Below, piece after piece: positions 50,443 to 60,742 of a DNA stretch of 60,742 nucleotides. Origin of the DNA: a virus (taxonomy: Duplodnaviria; Caudoviricetes). The position numbers and the translations under genes are program-made. Positions within the stretch are counted from its first letter, which is position 1; every line of letters starts with the position of its first letter. The DNA lies in the IMG/VR virus record IMGVR_UViG_3300047157_000094, positions 1-60,742 of that record. The stretch is one strand, 5' to 3'. The notes beneath the pieces were generated by a model, which saw nothing but the letters and a program-made list of their open reading frames with translations, did no database searches and was not told the origin of the DNA.

Positions 50443-50650
50443 AGTCCCTTTCAATAATCATTTCTAAAAAGTGTATAGCTTTCAATATGTCTTGTTTCTT
50501 TCCTTTCAGTCGATGACGACAGATATATTTTATAGCGCATCCTTCCGGGAATAGCAACTCATTCTCAACTACAAACTTGCTGGGCTGTATCGTAAATTTT
50601 TGATAGTGGGATCCGCCATGCTGCTTATCCCAAACACTTTTCTTTTTCAT
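50420..50650 (-). CDS. DUF3310 / T7 gp1.7-like protein
   Basis: GGSHY...IQP...EGCAIKYICR...KG..QDILKA.H. Confidence 0.8.
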   Translation of the reverse strand: MKKKSVWDKQHGGSHYQKFTIQPSKFVVENELLFPEGCAIKYICRHRLKGKKQDILKAIHFLEMIIERDYDADTSI

Positions 50651-52137
50651 AGTAAATAACCTTTCTCATATTTTTTTGGTTCAATTATATGTAAATTTTC
50701 TTTTGTTCTTGTTGCACCTACGTAAAATAATCTATTCTCATCATCTGGATTTCTTTCATAACCTCGCATAGTATTTTCTGTAAGATCAGTTAGTAATACA
50801 ACATTAGTTGCTTCTCCACCTTTGGCTGCATGTATAGTTGACAATTCTATCCTAGGTTTTTCGTTTAGTTTTTCGCCATTCTTTCTCATCTTTCTTAAAT
50901 AATTTACTTTTGTTTGCCCTGCATTATCAAATGCTTCATACCATTCTGTTTTAATTTGCAAACCATAATCATTTGTAAGTTGGTCCATGCCATAAAAAGA
51001 TCCTTTGGCCATACCTTTTATTTTTTTAGAATCCCAATTTTTAGGTCCCATAAATTTAATTATATTTTCTATTTCTTTATATGAAACTAATTGTCCTTGT
51101 CGTAAATGTTCCCATGATGTAGCTGCGTTATGTAATTCTTTTTCACTACTTCGTTTATATCTATTTTCATAATACAATCCTTGTCTATACAAAGACTCTT
51201 CTATATCTGTTAACATGTGTCTTGTTCGACTTAATATTAACCAATCACCTTTTGTCATGTCTATGCTATCTATATCAAAATGCCTGTGTAAATTTCCTTG
51301 ACTAACTCTTGGTTGCCACGTTTTATCTATTCTATTTCTAATTTTATTTATTATACCCATTGCTAATCCGTGTACTTTAGCAGGTATTCTGTAAGACTGT
51401 GTTAGTGGTAGGTATTGTCCTTCTAACGCTATAAAAGAATCTACGTCTGCACCAGCCCATCTAAATATTGCTTGGTCGTCATCACCTGCAATAAAAGAAT
51501 CTTTTGTTTTATTCCAAATAGATCGTGTCATATCCCATTGCATTAATGATAGATCTTGTGCTTCATCTATGAATACTACATCAAACTTTGGTGATTTGTC
51601 TGACTTTGTAAATTCTAAAATCATGTCATTAAAATCTATTAAATTATATTCTTTTTTATATCTTCCTAACTCGTTGTGTATAATTCTAAGTTGATCTCTT
51701 TCCAGGTCCTGCGTGTGTTCTTGTAAATCAAACTGTTGTTCTGGTGTAATGTTACGTAGTTGTGCTAGCTGGATAATTCGTAGATACTCACTGTCTGATG
51801 TAAAAATACCACCTTGGTCTTCTTGGTAGTCAGCGTATGTTACAGGAAAACCTAACTTCTTACCTAGGTCTTTGTAATGTCTCGGTTGCATAACTTGATC
51901 TTTTTTTAATCCTAACTTTCTGAATGCTAGTGAGTGTAGTGTTCTAAAATACGGTAGATCATCTTCTGTTAAATTAAATTTTTTAATTGCTCTGTCTCGT
52001 GCTTCGTGTGCAGCTTTCTGTGTAAATGCAAAGTAACCTATCTTGTCAGGATCTGTTTGTTTTAAATAATCATCTACTTTATTTAACAGCGTGGTTGTTT
52101 TGCCTGTTCCTGGTGGTCCTAATACTATTGTTCTCAT
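50647..52137 (-). CDS. UvrD/Rep superfamily 1 helicase
   Basis: GPPGTGKT, IDEAQD, GDDDQAIF, QSYR, TIHAAKGGE, YVGATR. Confidence 0.92.
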   Translation of the reverse strand: MRTIVLGPPGTGKTTTLLNKVDDYLKQTDPDKIGYFAFTQKAAHEARDRAIKKFNLTEDDLPYFRTLHSLAFRKLGLKKDQVMQPRHYKDLGKKLGFPVTYADYQEDQGGIFTSDSEYLRIIQLAQLRNITPEQQFDLQEHTQDLERDQLRIIHNELGRYKKEYNLIDFNDMILEFTKSDKSPKFDVVFIDEAQDLSLMQWDMTRSIWNKTKDSFIAGDDDQAIFRWAGADVDSFIALEGQYLPLTQSYRIPAKVHGLAMGIINKIRNRIDKTWQPRVSQGNLHRHFDIDSIDMTKGDWLILSRTRHMLTDIEESLYRQGLYYENRYKRSSEKELHNAATSWEHLRQGQLVSYKEIENIIKFMGPKNWDSKKIKGMAKGSFYGMDQLTNDYGLQIKTEWYEAFDNAGQTKVNYLRKMRKNGEKLNEKPRIELSTIHAAKGGEATNVVLLTDLTENTMRGYERNPDDENRLFYVGATRTKENLHIIEPKKYEKGYLL

Positions 52138-52679
52138 TCAAATTGTCCTTTTAAAGTTTGCAATACTAATTGTGTGTTAGCTGTTTTAGATCCTTTATTT
52201 ACATTTTTTAAATTTTGTTGTTGAGTAAGCCATTTTAAATTACTTAATCTATAATTAAAAACATCATCATCTATGTGTCCAACAACCCACTCTTTACCAT
52301 TATATAAGTCTGGGTTTTTTATAAAAGCTAATCCAAGTATTCTATGCATACGAGCTAAAATAGTTTTACCACAAGTAGTTTTTAATCCTAGTTTAGGATA
52401 TAGATCTGTTTTTGTTGGAACAGGATATATAATTTTTCCTGTATCATTATTTTTGACATAAGGAAATATGTCTTCTCTTTCTTTATAAAAAGTATTAACT
52501 CCACCTGTTTTATAAACAGTGTACTTACCTTTTGGTAAAGCACTATATTGTAAATCATTATAACTATATTTTTTTCTTTGTGGGTCGTACGGTAAAGAAT
52601 GTAAATCTACATAATCTACATCTTTAATTAAATTTTTTTCAGTAAACTCTTCAAATAAATGTAATTGTTCTGATATCAT
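52134..52679 (-). CDS. HNH homing endonuclease
   Basis: MHRI...AFI.NP...VGHIDDDVFNYRLSNLKWLT..QN. Confidence 0.85.
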   Translation of the reverse strand: MISEQLHLFEEFTEKNLIKDVDYVDLHSLPYDPQRKKYSYNDLQYSALPKGKYTVYKTGGVNTFYKEREDIFPYVKNNDTGKIIYPVPTKTDLYPKLGLKTTCGKTILARMHRILGLAFIKNPDLYNGKEWVVGHIDDDVFNYRLSNLKWLTQQQNLKNVNKGSKTANTQLVLQTLKGQFE

Positions 52680-54149
52680 TAAAATACATCCTTTGGTTTC
52701 AATTCTTTTTGATTGTAGTCATCTGTTTTTTTATCAAACTGTTTTACAACAAACACAGAGATTCTTTCTTTACCAATACGTTTGTCATCACAGTTACATG
52801 TTTCTTTTAACATCTGCGCCGTACGTTGATAATTTATATCCCAACGTTTTCTAATTAAAAACTGATTATAAAATCTGTCAAACACAAAATGGTGATTGCC
52901 ATCACTAGTCCACACACCACCTTTTTTTAGATCGTTTTTGTCTGTTGATACTTGTCTGTTTAGACAATACTCTTCCAAATGATTTTGTAATTGGTCTTGT
53001 GTAGTCACACCTTCTGGTGGATCTATTGGTTCGTGGTTCTTCATTAGTGGATTTATTATCATGTCCCAGTCTTTAGGTTTTACTGTTGGTGGTTTAAAAT
53101 CTAACTGTTCCATACATGCTTCCTGAAATAAACTTTGTTGTTTTAAAAACTTTACGTTCTCCAGGTGTAGTCGTTCACCATCTACATTAAGATAGTAATA
53201 TGGTTTTTCTAATTTAATGGAAATACTATCTCTTGACCTATACCAAACTTTCTTTCTTACATAATTTTTTATCACACAAACTACACATAGGTTGGTCATT
53301 ACATTTGTAACCCCATTCTTTTTTATCATGTTGTTTTATAATTATTTGTACTTCTGTATCTGACAATGGTTGTTCCATTGCTGACTCATTAAATACATTA
53401 CTTTTGTTTTCCAATTTTCAGGCCATTTAGATTTTGCATACACACCATAATGAAATAGTGCATTGTTTCTACCACCTTCACCAATTTTATTTTGTGCCAT
53501 AAGTTCTATACATGGTGGTCCATCAGATAAGGAGTCTCTGGTCTTTTAATTTCTATTGCGCTTATGTCTTGTTGTTTATGTCTTTCGTAGAGTTCAAAAA
53601 AAGCATCTATACTAGCAGCTTCGCCATCCTCCATAAAGGCGTATCTTGTTGTTTGACCACAATTAAAGTATGGTAAATTTAAAAAGTTTCCTGTATCATC
53701 TTTTGATTTTAATTCTCTTTGTTTTGGAAATACTTCTGATCCACCATAACCTAATACAGATCTAATCTCATTTAATTTATCTTGCATCAAACCTGCTGAT
53801 ACATAATCTTCTGTAAATAAAAATACATGAGCACCACCAGACTTTGATCTACATACGACTAATGGTAATTGAAATTGTTTTATCTTATTATTAATTGTTT
53901 GTGATCAAACTCTGCGTATGAGTCTATGTCTATACATCCCCACTTACATTTGTTATCATCATTGATTGGTATAATACCTAAACTGTCAGCACCATCTAAA
54001 TGCTTTTGCCACAACTCATCTGTGACTGGTTCTCGTTTAACAAACGATTTACCTTTAATCTTGTTACCATCACCATTTGATTCACCAACTAAAGTGACAC
54101 CATGTGCACGGTCTAATCCATAAAATATATTTTTAAATCTTTCTATCAT
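52679..54149 (-). CDS. AEP-type primase (frameshifted)
   Basis: CIDID, RSKSGGAHVF, EVFPKQ, GNFLNLPY, PPC, GGRNNALF across fragments. Confidence 0.8.
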
Positions 54150-54152
54150 ACA

Positions 54153-54193
54153 AAATAAAAGTGGGCGTTGCCACTCTCGCTTAGACGCCCACT
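54153..54193 (-). terminator. Rho-independent terminator
   Basis: AGTGGGCGT...ACGCCCACT stem followed by TTTATTTT on the minus strand. Confidence 0.6.
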
Positions 54194-54959
54194 ACCTAGG
54201 ATACTGGTTAGTATTAGAAGAACCTTTTGTAGTTTCTTCTGTACCGTGTTTAGCTTGAACTTCACCTTTACCTACAGATTCTGCAAAAGATTTAGCCATA
54301 TCATATATAGCTTTATCTTCTACAGGACCAACTTTAGATACATCCCAACCAAACCATGTTCCTTTGTCATTAGACATCTGAACGGTTGATAGTTTATAAA
54401 TGTGGCTATAAGTTGGCGGTGTAAATAAACCGTTTTTACCTTGCATCTTAATACCCATCATCATTGAGTTCCATTTTCTACTAACTTTAAGTTGAGTAGA
54501 CTTCATAGAAATCAAAGCTGTCTGTGGGTTATCTCCAAGAGTCAATACAAAGTGACTAGCTGTGTTATCAAGATAGTTACCATTTGGTAATCTGTCTTTA
54601 TAATCTTTACCTCTAGTCGTTTGACTTACAATATCACTGTCTGCATCGTGAATTGCAACAGGTGCACCTGTACTGGTACCTCTGTCTTGCCATTCGATGT
54701 ACTGTCTTTTGTAATGACATGGTACAACATTTATAGTGTCATACAATTCATTAGTTACAGTATTTATTATTTTGCCTGGTTCTGCACCTTCGACATATTT
54801 ACCATCTCTTTTGTTTACCTCTGGAGATAGTTGGCCCAAAATTTTTAAGAATGGTAACGCAAGATCTTCTTGCGATATATTTTGAGCGCCTTGTGCTGCA
54901 TCAGCTTCCATATCAAATGTTGCTAGTGCATTATTCTTTTTTTCTGCTACTTGGTTCAT
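54192..54959 (-). CDS. Putative ssDNA-binding protein
   Basis: DLALPFLKILGQLSP, YIEW, ISMKSTQLKVSRKWN, GTWFGW; lies in the replication module. Confidence 0.65.
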   Translation of the reverse strand: MNQVAEKKNNALATFDMEADAAQGAQNISQEDLALPFLKILGQLSPEVNKRDGKYVEGAEPGKIINTVTNELYDTINVVPCHYKRQYIEWQDRGTSTGAPVAIHDADSDIVSQTTRGKDYKDRLPNGNYLDNTASHFVLTLGDNPQTALISMKSTQLKVSRKWNSMMMGIKMQGKNGLFTPPTYSHIYKLSTVQMSNDKGTWFGWDVSKVGPVEDKAIYDMAKSFAESVGKGEVQAKHGTEETTKGSSNTNQYPR

Positions 54960-54961
54960 GT

Positions 54962-55511
54962 TTATTTGTTCCTTTTTATTGTTGTCTTATTCTCTGAGAA
55001 TACCCCAAAGATTTCCGTTGGCATTTCTTTACCTGCCTCAATACGCTCACGGACTAGCGCTTTCAGAGTCATGGGCTCAACCTTCATCTTTTGTGTCGGT
55101 TGAAACCCTTGACCCTTCGCAAGTTCAGCATATGATGCTGCCTTGTTATCTTCGTTACGACCAAATGATACCAAGATCTCGTTCTTAATAATATCACCTA
55201 GTCCATTGTCTCGAAGCCAGTTAAACGCCGTCTCTTTATTTGCTTCTGTAATAGTAGCACGATACGTCGTTGAAACTTTAAGATGTGATCCATCTTGAGT
55301 TTTAATTCTGCTAAACCCATCTCGGACATCATGGTTGGTATAACCTCACCTGATATACGTTGGTATTCTTTTTTTAAATCTTTAAATTGTTTTCACTTGT
55401 CTCTATTCTTTTGTGTAAACCTTCTAACATTTCTACTTGATCTGCAAGAGACTGAATGTTTTCAGTTTTACTCATTGCATCTTGTTGGTCTTGTTCAAAA
55501 TTAATTGTCAT
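54962..55511 (-). CDS. Replication-module hypothetical protein (frameshifted)
   Basis: IPTMMSEMG...AFNWLRDNGLGDIIKN...VEPMTLKALVRERIE. Confidence 0.6.
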
Positions 55512-55867
55512 CTATTTCTCCTTTCTCGTATAGATTAATTTCAATAGGATAATATTTTCTTTCTTGTTTATCCCACTTCAATAAATTGTATTTACCATTT
55601 GTAATATCAGATACAATAGAACATGCAACACCAATGATTGCAGGATCACCTGTTAATAATAAATAATCTTCTGGTGTATAATCTTTTAAACCTTTTCTTA
55701 ATTTAAAAATTAATGGACCAGGAGAAAAAATCATTTGAGAAATTCTGGTAATAAAAAATTAAATTCATTGTTGTAGAATAAGAAGCTGCACCCATAATAT
55801 TTATTTTAGGACTACCTGCTTGGCTACCTGGTATTTCTTGTATTACATAAACTTTTCTTTCTGACAT
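55501..55867 (-). CDS. Hypothetical protein (frameshifted)
   Basis: Start MSERKVYVIQE at 55867; DYLLLTGDP...LKWD. Confidence 0.55.
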
Positions 55868-55902
55868 TGACAAACAATATAAACATGTTTATATAATGTC
55901 AA
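55867..55902. promoter_or_regulatory. Overlapping divergent promoters around an 18-bp palindrome
   Basis: TTGACA...ATATAAACATGTTTATAT...TGTCAA. Confidence 0.7.
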
Positions 55903-55923
55903 CTAGAAAGAAGAAAAAAAATT

Positions 55924-57308
55924 ATGAATTATAAATTTAAAACTAAACCATATGCACATCAATTAACTGCATTAGAAAAATCATGGAACAAAGAAAACTT
56001 TGCTTACTTTATGGAAATGGGTACAGGTAAAACAAAAGTATTAATAGATAATGTTGCTATGTTATATGACAAAGGCAAGATTGATGGTGCTTTAATTATT
56101 GCACCTAAAGGTGTTGTTAAAACTTGGTATGAACAAGAACTACCTACACACTTACCTGATCATATAGAAAATGTGTCTGTATTGTGGCAACCAAATATTA
56201 CAAAAAACAACAAGAAAAATTAGATACTTTGTTTGAAATAGAAGTGCATTACATATTTTAATTATGAATGTTGAAGCTTTTCTACAGAAAAAGGTGTTAA
56301 GTTTGCAACTAAATTTTTAACTCTCACAAAACTTATGATGGCTATTGATGAGTCTACTACAATTAAAACTCCTACTGCTAAACGTACTAAAAATATTATT
56401 AAGATTGGGAGTAAATGCTAAGTATAAAAGAATCATGACAGGTTCTCCTGTTACTAAAAATCCATTAGATTTATATACACAATGTGAGTTCCTTGATCCG
56501 TGGTTATTGGACTTTACTTCTTACTACGCATTTAGAAATAGATATGCTGAAATGAAAACGATGCATGTACATGGTAGATCTATACAAGTAGTAGATAATG
56601 GTTTTCAAAACTTAGGTGAGTTATCAGATAAAGTAAAACAATTTTCTTACAGAGTATTAAAAGAAGATTGTTTAGATTTACCCCTAAAGTATTTATTAAA
56701 CGTCATATACATTGACACCAGATCAAAGTAAATTTATATGAACAAATGAAAAAAGAAGCTCTTGCTGTACTTAATGGTAAAGTTACAACTACCATGACTG
56801 TGTTAACTCAATTAATGAGACTACATCAAATTACTTGTGGTCATTTTACTGCTGATGATGGGACCACACAACAAGTTGAAAGCAATAGACTTAATGAATT
56901 GATGTCCATACTAGAAGATACAGAAGGTAAAGTTATTATATGGGCCAACTATCAATTAAGTGTAGGTGAGATTATACAAAGATAATTAAAAAATATGGTC
57001 CAGATTCATATGTTCATTACTATGGATTAACACCACAAGAAGATAGACAAGACTAATATCGTAAGTTTCAAAACGATCCTAAGTGTAGATTTATTATAGG
57101 TACACCTCAAACAGGTGGCTATGGTATTACACTTACGCAAGCTAATACTGTTATTTATTATTCTAATGGTTATGATCTAGAAAAGAGACTACAATCAGAA
57201 GACAGAGCACACAGAATAGGACAAAAGAAAACAGTGACTTATGTTGATTTCAAAAAAATAAATATAGCATCAGAAGTTTTAGGAGAAGAATTAAGGTCAT
57301 GGATTTAA
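55924..57308 (+). CDS. SNF2-family helicase (frameshifted)
   Basis: PYAHQ, MEMGTGKT, IDES, MTGSP, GGYGITLT.A, QSEDRAHRIGQ. Confidence 0.9.
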
Positions 57309-57337
57309 TAGGATATATGCGTACCGCGCTGTAATTT

Positions 57338-57823
57338 TTAATTTACGACTTTACCGCCGGACCACTTCATTTCTGGAAGTCCTTCGGTGTATTTTTTGCC
57401 GTCAAAAGTTAATACTTGTTTTCTGTTTGAATCTGATTCGTGATAAGATATGTGGACCCATCCCCCTGCCGGATCGTCTTTGTCGTAGTACTCCATGATC
57501 AATTGATCGAAGTCCACGTTATTTTGTAGCCAGTAAGCTGTCTGAATATTTGGCACGCCAAATATTTCTAGGTCGACGGCCTGGCCCTTCGCATGCTGCG
57601 AAGTCTTTTTGCTGCCGATCGCCTCACATAATGCTTCACTACGATATCCGCTAGTAATCGTTACTGGTTTAGAAAAATGTGCACGTAGTGGTTCAAGAAC
57701 TTCATAACATAGATCTCCTAAACTTTTAATTTCACCTGCTCCTGGTGTATTATCAATGCCCCTACGTTGAGCGGTCATCGATTTGGTCATCTCTTTAAGA
57801 GTAAAATGTTTGCTAAGTTGCAT
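57338..57823 (-). CDS. Peptidase M15A-type endolysin
   Basis: LSKHF, ITSGYRS, SQHAKGQAVD, WVHIS. Confidence 0.88.
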   Translation of the reverse strand: MQLSKHFTLKEMTKSMTAQRRGIDNTPGAGEIKSLGDLCYEVLEPLRAHFSKPVTITSGYRSEALCEAIGSKKTSQHAKGQAVDLEIFGVPNIQTAYWLQNNVDFDQLIMEYYDKDDPAGGWVHISYHESDSNRKQVLTFDGKKYTEGLPEMKWSGGKVVN

Positions 57824-57826
57824 ATT

Positions 57827-58021
57827 TTATTTTGTGATTAATTGAAATATAACATAGATTAAACCGCTGATCAAAGCACCAGAAGTAATTAGTAATATAC
57901 TTTCTATTCTCTGTATTTGAGTTTCAATAGAATGTATTTTGTCATGAGTTTGCTTCTGCATTATTCTACATAGCTTTTCATGTGATTCAATTTTTTGTAA
58001 TGCTTCGTCTTTTCTAGCCAT
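57827..58021 (-). CDS. Small membrane protein (holin-like)
   Basis: HEKLC coiled coil plus C-terminal TM; adjacent to the endolysin. Confidence 0.55.
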   Translation of the reverse strand: MARKDEALQKIESHEKLCRIMQKQTHDKIHSIETQIQRIESILLITSGALISGLIYVIFQLITK

Positions 58022-60742
58022 TATGTTCTACTCGCTATTACCTTTTCTGTTGGAGATAGTAACGCTTCCTCATTTCGTGTCAAGTTAGTTTGTGGGTCTT
58101 TTCGTGAGACATTTGCTACTAATTTAGGCATTGGTGTGCTGCCTAATGGTGGTGTTTCTGGTTTACTTGTAAAACCAGGTGCACCAGGTAATATTAAATC
58201 TTTAACTGCAGGTATTATTTTTTTAATATTTCTTTGTATAAATCCTTCTTCTTTTACTGGTCTACCATTTTCATCATAAATTAATCTACCTTCTTTGTCT
58301 GTTTGATAGTTTTCTTTATCAGGATAATAACCACCTTCTAATTCATTTGTTTCTTCATTATATATTTCAGGAAAAAATTTAATACCACTATATTTATCTA
58401 TGACTTTATCTAATTTAGATTGTGGAAATAAAAAATCTCTATTTACAGTATAAATAAACTTACCATCTTTTTCTTCATTTAACCTGTTCATTTGATCTTT
58501 TACTGTTCTAACTTTAGTTTCAAATCTAGGTGTAGAATAATTAACAGGTGTAAATCTTCCATCTAATAAATTGTTAATAAGTTTTGTAGAAGCGCCTGAT
58601 TTTTTCATAATTTCATATATTTTATTTTCTGATAAATCTAATAATTTTAAATCTTGTATTCTAATATACATATCTTTTTGTATTCTAAATGCTTCTTTTT
58701 GCATTTCATTAAATGTGTTAACCATATCTGTTGGTGTTTTTTGTGCATAGTTTTGTACACTGTAAAATTTTTCTGTTTCATCAACTGCTCTTAACAATCT
58801 GTTCATTGTAGATGTAAAATATCTAAGATCTTTTTTAACATCAATTCTAATAATCCGTGTTCCAGTAAACAATGCTAATAATTCATCCATTAGGTTTACT
58901 GGTTTACCACCTTTAGTTAAGTCTAGTGATAAAGCATCACCAATTTTTTGACCACTAGATACAAAACCTGGTTTAACACCATCTAATACGTGTATTAATG
59001 ATTTAATAAATTTATCTCCAAGGTCATCTGATTGTGTATACACAGATCCACCACCATCTTTTTTACCATTTCTTGTAGTTACATCTATAAATCTATCAAA
59101 ACCTAATGGCTCTGATATAAATGGTTCTAAAAATTTAGATACAGGTCCATCTTCTCCAAACATTAATATTCATTACAAACTGTTCTGTTTCTTGTGGATT
59201 TAAATTTTGTTTTTGTGCTTGTGCAATTGCTGCGTCTAATGGTTGATATAAACTATCATAAGGACTAAAGTATGAAAAATTAATTGCAGCGCTTTCACCA
59301 TTTTCCAACCTTTAACAGCTAATAAGTTTGATGTTGCATCCCATGATGCAGCTGATGATCTTTTGTATGCGTTCCACTGTGATTCTGTAGAATTAGTTAA
59401 GAACTGTGCAAGTTCATTAAATCCTTTTCCAACAGCATAACTAGTCATAAATGCACCTGTTAATCTTCTTATACCCATTTGTTGTATGGCTCTGTTAGGA
59501 TGTGCAGCTTCTTTTAAACCTATACCAATAATATTTGCACCTGTTCTAAGTATTTCTGCAGGAAAAGATATGAAAGTTTCCAAGCGGTAATTTTCTTAAT
59601 TCTTGAATAATAGGTGGTACTTTACTGTATGTTGGATATGTATTTCTTAATAAAAATGCTGACGCTTCTTCTATTGCATCATCAAATGTTTTTTTCTGAC
59701 CTGTAACTGTATTGATTGGTTCAAACTCTTTACCCATGTATCTAAACCATTGTTTAACATCATCTAAACTTTTTAGTGCTTGATACAATTGTGATTTACC
59801 AAACTCAAAACCATAACCTTTCCATAAGTTATCACCACCTGCATATAGTCTTGCAACTTTATCTGTAGGTGCCATTTTCATTAATCTGTCAAACAATTGA
59901 TCAGTTGTATTTATTACATTGTTTTTATATCTTGTGTTACAGCTTTTAATTCTGCAGCTACAACGTTTTCATCCCACACACCAAGTCTAATTAATTTTTC
60001 TACATAGTTATTAAATTCTACTTCATCAATTTTATTACCACCTGCTTTAAATATATCTCTTGAAACAATTCGCATAGCATCAACAACACTAGCTCTACCA
60101 CCAATGTGTCCATTCATTAGTGCAAAGAAAGAAGCTGAAGTTACATTTCTAACTTGTGTTTGTGGTGAGTATAATGTTTTACCAATCTGTACACCTACTT
60201 TAGATTGTAACATAAAACGATAAAAAGCATTTTCTACTAATTTATCTAAGTCTCCACCAATACCTGCAAATCCTTGTACGTATTCAGGCGATGCCCATTT
60301 GTTTAATAAACTTGATTTCATAATACCAAGTCTTGGTACACTTTTAATTTGTTGTGCTCCTATAAATCCTGCGTTAGTTGCATCTTCTAAACTGTTAAAC
60401 AACCAACCATTTTTTAATCCAGATTTGCAATGTAATCTGCTGCTCTTTTGTTAGCCATAGATGAAATAGCTTCTGCAGTTGTATAACCAACAGATGCTTT
60501 TAAATTTCTTTCAGGACCTAATAAATTTTTTATTGCATCAGGTAATTCTTCACCTGTTTTTAAATATCTAAATTTATCGTTTAATAATATACGAGTTCCT
60601 ATATCTCTTAATTGTTTTATGGGTGATTTACCTTCAGCTCTACCCGTTCTTAATATATCTTCTGCATGCATTTTAGCAGATTCTATGTAAGCTTTTTCTG
60701 GTTTTAATTTTGGAAAAGTAATTTCTTGCAGATTCTTTTAAG
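58021..60742 (-). CDS. Large internal virion/ejection protein, 3' part (frameshifted)
   Basis: Fragments 60414..60671, 59914..60402, 59546..59896, 59236..59583 and 58021..59163 on the same strand; continues from base 1. Confidence 0.7.

Noticed and set aside
57230-57308. Apparently shortened SNF2 C-terminus (VTYVD directly to KKINIASEV)
   Set aside because: An out-of-frame loss of a short segment is more likely an assembly error than biology; cannot verify without reads.
1-60742. tRNA, rRNA, integrase, RNA polymerase or DNA methyltransferase genes
   Set aside because: No recognisable motifs seen by eye; tRNAscan and HMM searches would be needed to exclude them formally.

Overview
This window appears to be one complete, circularly permuted, AT-rich dsDNA phage genome of about 60.7 kb. 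A large minus-strand ORF starting at 1779 reads in frame through base 1 into base 60742 (...VEKVIKKNTN|LKESARN...). Gene content is podovirus-like: family A DNA polymerase, AEP-type primase, UvrD and SNF2 helicases, TerS/TerL, portal, scaffold, capsid, tail tube, ejection proteins, GroES and an M15 peptidase, with no recognisable RNA polymerase, integrase or tRNA. Size and content resemble marine SAR11 phages of the HTVC023P type; this is from recall, not a search. Many essential genes are broken by single-base indels, which look like long-read errors, so several CDS calls join ORF fragments. The most interesting observations are: (1) an island of nine 2OG-Fe(II) oxygenases plus a NodU/CmcH carbamoyltransferase directly after a Gly/Pro-rich tail-tip gene; (2) a recurring [AF]xxGG(RIG) motif in many late proteins, which bounds DNA-level repeated cassettes and precedes an internal twin-arginine (Tat) signal; (3) two 7-bp-period CAAGC arrays flanking a GP88/radical-SAM-like gene, next to a highly structured non-coding leader; (4) palindromic and overlapping divergent sigma70 promoters; (5) QxxLF clamp-binding-like motifs on the polymerase and the HNH nuclease.
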